The notes under the pieces were generated by a model. It had not been told where the DNA came from, made no database searches, and was given only the letters and a program-made list of their open reading frames with translations. From assembly GCF_009914755.1 (NCBI RefSeq), contig NC_060937.1: a DNA stretch of 64,000 nt. One strand, written 5' to 3'. Of this stretch, positions 54,280 through 64,000 are shown one piece after another. The stretch is from the human T2T-CHM13v2.0 reference genome, Homo sapiens. Position numbers and translations under genes: made by a program. Position 1 is the first letter of the stretch; each line of letters opens with the position of its first letter.

Positions 54280-54655
54280 AGGCCCGAGCACATGTAATTC
54301 ATATCTCAAACAAATGACTCATTTTTCTAATATACAAAGAACTCCTACAAATCAATAACAAAAAATGATAGAGTAAAAGAATAATAGGCAGCCCACAGAT
54401 AAACAAAACAATGAAACATGAAAAGGTGCCAAATTGCAGATGAAATGAATGTTGCTAATCAGCTGACCGTAAAATTGGCAAGAGCCCAACGCAATCAGAA
54501 GTGTCCTTAAAAGTGGCAGAAGGAGGAAGAAGAGAGTGAGGGATGCAGCAATGAAAGCAGAGTCAGAGAGATGCATTTATAATGAAAACAATGCACGTGA
54601 AAAACCACACTTAGATGCCATTTTTTATCTTTCAGACTGGAAAAGATCAGAAGGG

Positions 54656-54940
<285 letters not shown>

Positions 54941-56610
54941 CAAAAGTTCTAAGACAGACTTTGTTGGTAAGGATGTAAGGAAGGAAGCACTGTCACACAC
55001 TACAGGTCAAAATGTACTAGTACAACCTCTGTGGATGCCAGCTTAGCAATATCTAGTAAAAGTCACAAGTACCATTTATGTATCAATTCCAATTCAAGGA
55101 ATTTATTCTATAAGCATACTTGTACGTAGGAGAAATGATGCATGCATTTAAGCATTATTTATACTAAGAAACATCACATACAGATGAAATGTCCATTAAT
55201 AGGGTACTAGCTATATGCAGCTATTAAAAAGAATAAGAAAGATTTTTTATGAAGAAAAACAATTTCTTGCATTTTTAAGGGAAAAAATGCCATAACACAC
55301 ATGCATATATAGTAAAAAATTTAAATGTAAATATGAATATGATCATGTATATCCATAGTTGTTTTCATGAAAAGAACTGAAACACAAGAAACCAGTACTC
55401 TTGGGGTAATAGAGCTAGGTGTTGGGGACAGAGCTTTGACACAGAGTCTTTTCAATGTACGTTATTTTGTGCCTTTCAAGTTTTGCAACCTTATGAATAC
55501 CTTTTCTAAAAATATATTAAAAATTGTGCCTAAAAGAGAATAACTATTTGGGATTTTGCTATTTTGAGCCCTCTAAAATCAGAGCACCTCCTCTGCCCAT
55601 GGATCTCCTAAGTCTGCTCTTTCATTTTCTCACAGTCAACCTTTTAGCAAGTTTTCAGGAACATTTTGAATGAAGAGGGAACAGCCTGCCCATCAGTGTT
55701 GCAGACCTTAGTCTCATTTCAAAATACAGACATCTCCCACTTACGTGGAGCAATTTCCCGTGGTTCTTCACTAGAGGTGGATTTACTGAGAAAGATCTCT
55801 CACATGCACAGACTTTTTCTTGTGGTCAGATACTTTGGTAAATTTGCAAAAGTAAGATATTTTAACCATGAGTTGTTAACACTCATATCTCTTTTAATTT
55901 CCCTTCATTCACTTCCCCTAATTGGAAAGCGGTGAGTCTGCAAGCCTTTTAGTGATCCCACTAAGGGGGAGTTAAGCTGAGGCTTCTCTTAATTTGGGTC
56001 TAGGAGACACACTTCTGCAGCCTTCTGTAGTCTTTTCCATGCATAGTTAAATCGTGGTTGGGGTCACAGTGCTAAGAATGGCTTCCAGGAGAGCCCGTCA
56101 GGCCGTGCACTCAGCTTCCCCTGTGAAGATGCAGCGCAGGGGAGTCACACTGGCCTCAGGGAGTGTCCTCTGGCACCATTACTGGGCATTGCAAACACTT
56201 GGGTGGTGGAAGAGAAACAAGGTTCGAAATGTCTAAGATCAGAAGCTTGTCTGGGGAAAATCCTTCCAATCCTAACACATGTAAAACTGTGAGCAGATTC
56301 AGTTCTGTTAAAAATAAAAGCCCACAGTTGAGATATACCCCAAGTCCAGTGGCCCATAACCATGCAACCAAAACATGTCATTCCAATTTCCTTGAAACGC
56401 TAATTCTAATCGTAAACACAACATGTAAATTTTACATCCTTGTCAATATGTTTCAGTGAAATGAAACTAATCAGCTACAGACAAATCAGTTTAAACAGCT
56501 CTCTTTGCCCTAAATAAAGGTAATGTATAACAGCAAATCACAAAAAAAGGTCAAAATACATCCTCCCTATGCTTTACAAACTATATTGTAAATGTTGTAA
56601 GGCAAGCTTC

Positions 56611-56902
56611 TTTTTTTTTTGAGACAGAGTCTTGCTCTATTGCCCAGGCTGGAGTATAGTGGTGCAATCTCGGCTCACTGCAACCTCTGCCTCTTGGGTT
56701 CAAGAGATTCTCCTGCCTCAGCCTCCTGAGTAGCTGAGATTACAGGCATGTGCCACCATGCCTGGCTAATTTTTGTATATTTAGTAGAGACAGGGTTTCA
56801 CCATATTGGCTAGGCTGTTCTCGAACTCCTGACCTCAGGTGATCCGCCCATCTTGGCCTCCCAAAGTGCCAGAATTACAGGCATGAGCCACCGCGCCCAG
56901 CC
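56611..56902 (-). mobile_element. AluS
   Basis: TSD aaggcaa(g/a)cttctt. Confidence 0.93.
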
Positions 56903-57351
56903 AAGGCAAACTTCTTACTACTTGGTTTGAAGTCTCCCGGATCAAGATCTATACTTTTTGTATGACAATAAACTTTAAAATTTTTTCTAACTTGATCTAA
57001 TTTTATTTTAGACAGCTCTCCACAGATGCTGAGTCAAACTAGAAGTTTTCTCATTAGGAATATACTCAGTAATAAAATATATACAAATATAAACATACCA
57101 TGCATTTTTTTTCCTATGGGAATTACATGGAAGATAATTCATTAGAATTCCTTTGTCTGTAACACATAAATCTATAGCTAATAATACAAATAGTTTGTAC
57201 TTCAGTAGATGAAGTCACATATTTTATACATCCTGACTGTCAATTAAAATTTCTTTTGGTCAACCATGCTAGAGGAAAGTCTGAATTATCTTTCTAATCT
57301 CTCTACAGAAAAGGATATTACAAAATTATCGTTATAAAAAAAATGGATAAC

Positions 57352-57738
<387 letters not shown>

Positions 57739-58574
57739 TTATTAAAATATCATGTTTTTCTGGATTTTGTATATTATGCTACTTGTTAGATATTTCCAAT
57801 CTGTAATTTGTTGTGATTTCTTTTCTTATTCTAAGTATTTATTTTCCTATCTAATTTGTTTTAATATTTTCTATTCTTTTTTCTATAAAGTACACCCCAA
57901 ATTATTTAAACTTCAGGCCCCACAAAACTTGGACCCATACCATGTATTCACTATCAATTTAAAATGTGAACTTGTCAGTCTCCCACATAAAGATTAGAAC
58001 TAACAGAGCAGGGTGATTTTTATATTATACAGGGTTTTTTATACTAAAGACACTGACATCCAGATCAGCCCAGTAACCTGAGCCAATGAAAACTCTGGAA
58101 ACAAAGCCCTTTCTCTAAATCCCCCATTAACTCCCCTTTAAACCATTGTCTCTTCAGGGCATGGAAAACAAAAATAGGTTTTTCCCAAAAATCTTCCTAA
58201 GCCTCAGTCTGCTTGCTAATCCTCAAGTGCTGTCATTCTCCCAACATGCTCAAGGCCTCAGTGAACTTCTCATTTTACATCTTAAAAGTGGAGAATTAAT
58301 TATAAGACTTTATTCACTCAGTGATGGAACCTCTGCTGAGTGACACACTTTGCAATCTCATTTGGAGGGCTTGAAATTAACCCAGCATATGCCACACAGC
58401 TCCTGAATTCTCAAGGCTGCACAGCTGCCGTGCTGCTTTGGTTTTCATTACATGGGAGGCTTTTCCACCTGCTGGCTATGTCACAAAACCCAATCTGTCC
58501 TAGCGGGGCTTTTTTTGTTCACTTATTGGAAGTTTGGTTTTTAGCTATAAGCTGAAATCTGTATGAAAACCTCA

Positions 58575-59419
<845 letters not shown>

Positions 59420-59583
59420 CCACCTTAGAACTGCTGAATTATGTGAGTAAAAGGGAAAAAAATTAATGCTATCATTTTTTGCAAAGAAAGACAGAAAATA
59501 ATAATATTTATGGAGCATCTACTCTGTCAGGTATTGCTGGGCATTTGAAAATACATTGTCTCATTCAATTCATAAATGAGAGC

Positions 59584-59883
59584 TTTTTTTTTTTTTTTTG
59601 AGATAGACTCTTGCTCTGTCACCCAGGCTGGAGTGCAAGTGGTGCAATCTTGGCTCACTGCAACCTCCGCCTCCTGGGTTCAAGCAATTCTCGTGCCTCA
59701 GCCTACCCAAGTAGCTGGGACTACAGGAGTGCACCACCACGCCTGGCTAATTTTTGTAATTTTAGTAGAGAGGGGGTTTCACCATATTGGCCAAGCTCGT
59801 CTGGAACTCCTGACCTCAAGTGATCTGCCCACCTCAGCCTCCTAAAGTACTGGGATTACAGGCATGAGCCACTGTGCCTGGCC
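59584..59883 (-). mobile_element. AluS inserted in a MIR
   Basis: Antisense Alu preceded by a MIR 3' end (aatatttatggagcatctactctg...). Confidence 0.92.
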
Positions 59884-60837
59884 AATGGGAGTATTCTTAT
59901 CCTTAGGATTTTAAAAATACAGGTGAAATTCTGGTTAACAAAGTGACTGTGGATGCCCTGGGTATTTACAGAGCTGTCAGCCTGACTTAGCTTTCTAGAG
60001 AAATTCTAGATTTGAAGTCAAGAGGCAGTTTACATACAGTTTTCCTGAGCTTAGGGGAAGGGCTAATAAATACGTTATTTTGTAGGTTGCATGGAAGGAA
60101 AACTATTACCTTTAGTGATCTTATATCCTTCCTTCACCCTAGCCCCTCTCAGATGAGAAATCTGCCAGGCATTCTTTCCTTATTGACTGTCCACCACTCT
60201 AGTTCTGAGAATTCTCTGCCAAAGTCCACACTGAGCCTGAATCTATGTGGTGGAGTCTGTCTTTCCACTGTAGCGTCAAATCTGACAGCAAAAGTTGGAT
60301 CAAATTGTGGCTGTAGAATATCATGGAATGTTTAAAGCAATGTTTGCAACAACATTTATTTGGAACTCCCTAGCCTTTTTAATTATAAAAAGAATATAAA
60401 ATCAAAAGAGTAAAAATATGGCTTAAAATGTTGGGTAGATATAGTAATAATGATAGCACCAACTGCTAGAACATCTGCTGACATCTCACTGCTTTCACCC
60501 GGCAGAAGCTTGTTTCTTGATTTTGTGAAGCCCCATGGTGGTGTTGGTGGGGCAGATGGTGAGGTCCTGGGCCACATGCAGTCACTCAGAAACCCAGATC
60601 CACAGAGGCTCTGCCATCTTCAATACATGACATTTGCAAGATTGCCTTGGGTGTCAACGTCCATGTTGTATAGAAGGAGAAGGGAGAGAAGAGCCTGCTT
60701 CTGCTTTGCTGCTCACATTACAGCCATTGACAGGAACCAGCCACACAGCCAAACTTAAGATGCAAGAGTGGCTGGGCAAGAATGTGTCATGATGTGTGGA
60801 GGACAGTGGCCATCTCTGCCAAGCTGGCAATGCCACC

Positions 60838-60950
60838 TAGGGTGGCCACAATCTCAATTTGCTCAGAATTCTCCAGTTTGAGCACTGAAAGCTCCATGTC
60901 CTGGGAAATCCCCTCAGTCCCAGGCAAACTGGGACAGTTGTTATCCCATT
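60838..60950. mobile_element. MER81 hAT-Blackjack MITE
   Basis: tagggtggcca...gcactgaaag...gggaaatcccctcagtcccaggcaaactgggacagttg. Confidence 0.75.
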
Positions 60951-61182
60951 AGTCAAAAATGAATTAACAATTTCAAATAATTTTTAGACAAAATTGGTTT
61001 TATATGAAATCAAGCATTTTGCAGATGATACAAAAACCTGAGTAAGTGATTAGAAAATTTTAAGAATTTATGAAAACAATGACCAGCAAGTAAAAGAGAT
61101 ACAATTGGCTGAAAGTAAATTGGAAATAAAATATTATAAAAACAATAACCTCCAAAGCTATTAAAAAATCTTCAATATGTGA

Positions 61183-61396
61183 ATACACGTGGACACAAGG
61201 AGTGGAACAACAGACACCGGGACTTCCTTGAGGGTGGAGCTGGGAGGAGGGTGAGGACGGAAAAACTCTTCATCGGGTGCTATGCTCACTACCTGGGTGA
61301 CAAAATCATTTGTACACCAAACCCCAGTGATTCGCAATTTGCCCATGTAACAAGCCTGCATATGTACCCCTTGAACCTAAAATAAAAGTTGGAAGA
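61183..61396 (+). mobile_element. 5'-truncated L1PA (about PA15/16) 3' end
   Basis: ctacctgggtgacaaaatcatttgtacaccaaacccc...ttgaacctaaaataaaagtt; TSD aaaaaatcttca(a/g)tatg(t/c)ga at 61163-61182 and 61707-61726. Confidence 0.85.
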
Positions 61397-61794
<398 letters not shown>

Positions 61795-62252
61795 TCAATA
61801 TCTGAAAAAAAAAAAACAGTACTATTCACTTTCACCAAGTCCATGTGTTATTTTAAATGACGTGTTTCAGCCAGTGTTTCCACCCATTTGTTTGATGCCA
61901 CCTCACCCGGGCCCTGCTCTGTGTTAACTGTAGAGTGGGTCCTGATTCTCTGAGAAGCCCTCTCAAACCAACCCACCCACAGGTAATCACTACCTTACCT
62001 CCTCCCCAGCTCCTTTTTGTTTTAACATCTTTAGTCAGCTTTGCCTCTTGAGGTCTCGTTCTCCTCACCTGCATGATCATTTCTCTCAAGCACAAACGCA
62101 AAGAGTTTCCTTGGGGTGTACTCTCCTCCCCCACCCTCCAAAATGTCTCATTCCAAAAAGCAACACAAAGCAAAGAAAGTCTGAAATCTAGTTCCCACAT
62201 TCTCCCCAGAAGGAAGAGATGCTTCATTGAATACCCTGCTTCCCTCAACCCC

Positions 62253-62254
<2 letters not shown>

Positions 62255-62295
<41 letters not shown>
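62255..62295. repeat. (AC)n microsatellite, about 20 units
   Basis: Read directly. Confidence 0.97.
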
Positions 62296-62299
<4 letters not shown>

Positions 62300-63059
62300 T
62301 ACAGAGACATCAGAATTAATCTCTCCCTTCCATATGCTTATACTTCCTTTGGGCTTCCTCTGTGAGTGCCTTTCATGGGCTGCTGGGAGCATGTGACTTC
62401 CCCTTTGCTACTCCTGAACTCCTTAAGGAATTCCACGTTGCGCCTTACCCCTCTCAGGAGCTCAAAATGCATTCCATTGTGTTGAAGTTTGACTTGAAAA
62501 TGTTAGATGAGGACAGGATCCACAAACTTTAGTCTCATGATAAAATAAAATTCTCTAGGGAGACTGGAACAGCTATAGCATTTGCATTTAAACAATTTGG
62601 CAATTTCTGTGAGAAATTTGAGCTCTAGAAGGCCACATGGACAAATCCATAAATTCTGGCTCTCAGCTTCAGCTGTTGGGAACCGTAAAATTTTCATTCT
62701 TGTTCGTGGCCTTTCAGTTTTCAAAGCACTGACTCCAGCTAAATATCCCGGGCACTGGGGGTTATTTGCTTAGGTCATTGCTGATTTGAAGAAAGTGAGT
62801 GGGGCTGAACCAGCTTTTGCTTTTCACAGCTGTGAATCACAGCTGTGAATCCCCAGGGTGCTGAAATAACAGTACGGTGCGCTAATCCAATCTGTGCTTT
62901 TCCTGGGGGCTGTCATTACTGCAAAATGAGGTGAGCTGGGTGGATGAAAAGCTCCAAGGTGGCTACAACACTGTACAGTTAGAAGTGGTGCAAAACCATG
63001 TCCAGGGCTTAATGAAGGGTTGTGATCAGAGGAGAAAGTAGCCAGGGACCCAGGGGCTA

Positions 63060-63170
63060 TTCTACTATAGCCACTATATGTACTATACACACACACACAT
63101 ATATATACACTATAACCTCTATACATACTAATATACCTACTATATACAGTGGTATGTGTATATATCAATA
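63060..63170. repeat. Degenerate TA/CA-rich simple repeat
   Basis: ctactatag...tacacacacacacacatatatatacac...tatatac. Confidence 0.75.
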
Positions 63171-63436
63171 ATTACTTTGGCTACTACTGTAGTTACTCCC
63201 TGCTGTACTGTCAGTCTGTCCAGCGTTCGGCTCCCCTATTCCCACCACACTGGCCTCTTTCAGCACCTTGAGTGTGTCATGCTGGCTCCCAAGTCAAATC
63301 GTATAGACAGGCCCCTTTCTTAAAGCCCACCTCGCCATGATGGAAGACAAGCCCCTCTTACAATACCAGATGCCATAGTGATTGCTGGAGTGGTATATCC
63401 ATTACAAGCCCTTTTTGGTATATCAATGAATCTCAC

Positions 63437-63825
63437 TGTTGTTGACTGAATTGTGTCCCTCTGAAATTCATATGTCACCCTCAGCACCTCAAAGTATGAC
63501 TGTATTTGGAGACAGAGCCTTTAAAGAGGTGATGAAGTGAAAACGAGGTCATTAGGCTGGGCCCTAATCCAGCATGACCAGTATCCTTATAAGAAGAGGA
63601 GATTAGGACAAGAGACAGGTACAGGGGAAAGACCATGTGAGGACCCATTGAGAAGGCAGTCATCTAAAAGCCAGGGAGAGGGGCCTCAGAAGAAACCAAC
63701 CCTGCTGATCAACCCAGCTTGATCTTGGACTTCTAGCCTCCAGAACTGTGAGAAAATAAATTTCTGTTGTTTAAACCACCCCATCTATGGTATTTTGTTA
63801 TGGCAGCCCAAGCCAACTAAGTAAG
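63437..63825 (+). mobile_element. MLT1B-type MaLR solo LTR
   Basis: gactgaattgtgtccc...gactgtatttggagacag...ccttataagaagagga...ccagaactgtgagaaaataaatttctgttgttt. Confidence 0.88.
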
Positions 63826-64000
63826 ACGCTCATACAACATGGAACAGAATCCTCTCAAGACCTCTACTTGCACACAACATTCCATGGCTCCAACTTCTTA
63901 CACTTGGCTCCACTGGGCTGAGGAACACTCCGCTGTTCTACCTTGGGCCAGCTAATTGGCCCAGGCAGATAATCCAGACTGGTTAATCTCCGGTACCTGG

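Noticed and set aside
60828-60850. CTCF-like gccacctagggtggcc and a possible MER81 miRNA-like hairpin
   Set aside because: Core spacing departs from the CTCF consensus and overlaps the MER81 terminus; the MITE arms are too diverged for a clean hairpin.
61853-62396. 179-aa and 107-aa ORFs with CV/HT repeats
   Set aside because: Run through the (AC)n microsatellite; no coding signature.

Overview
Mammalian (primate, almost certainly human) genomic DNA rich in Alu, L1, L2, MIR, LTR and DNA-transposon fossils. One genuine coding segment is visible: the 807-nt terminal coding exon of FAM124A (27422-28228, + strand, ending ...DMEEFYI*). I recognise it from recalled protein sequence, which would place the window at 13q14.3 between FAM124A and SERPINE3. 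Positions 1-27421 are its last intron, about 28229-31210 its long 3'UTR with two candidate poly(A) signals, and the rest is intergenic. Nearly all other ORFs in the track are chance or repeat-derived. There is no prokaryote-style novel system here. The best candidate for something undescribed is an inferred minus-strand transcription unit: a THE1 LTR with a perfect DUX4 motif, a TATA-like box and splice donors, followed by two exon-like blocks that splice into continuous open frames. Other notable items are a tailless tRNA-Cys 5'-half retrocopy with TSDs, an Alu with twin-priming inversion structure, a nested four-element transposon cluster, a GAS-less MER41A LTR, a (CCT/CAT) repeat tiled with PRDM9 13-mers, convergent CTCF motifs and a candidate poison exon. 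Repeat subfamily calls were made by eye against remembered consensus sequences, and boundaries without TSDs are approximate.
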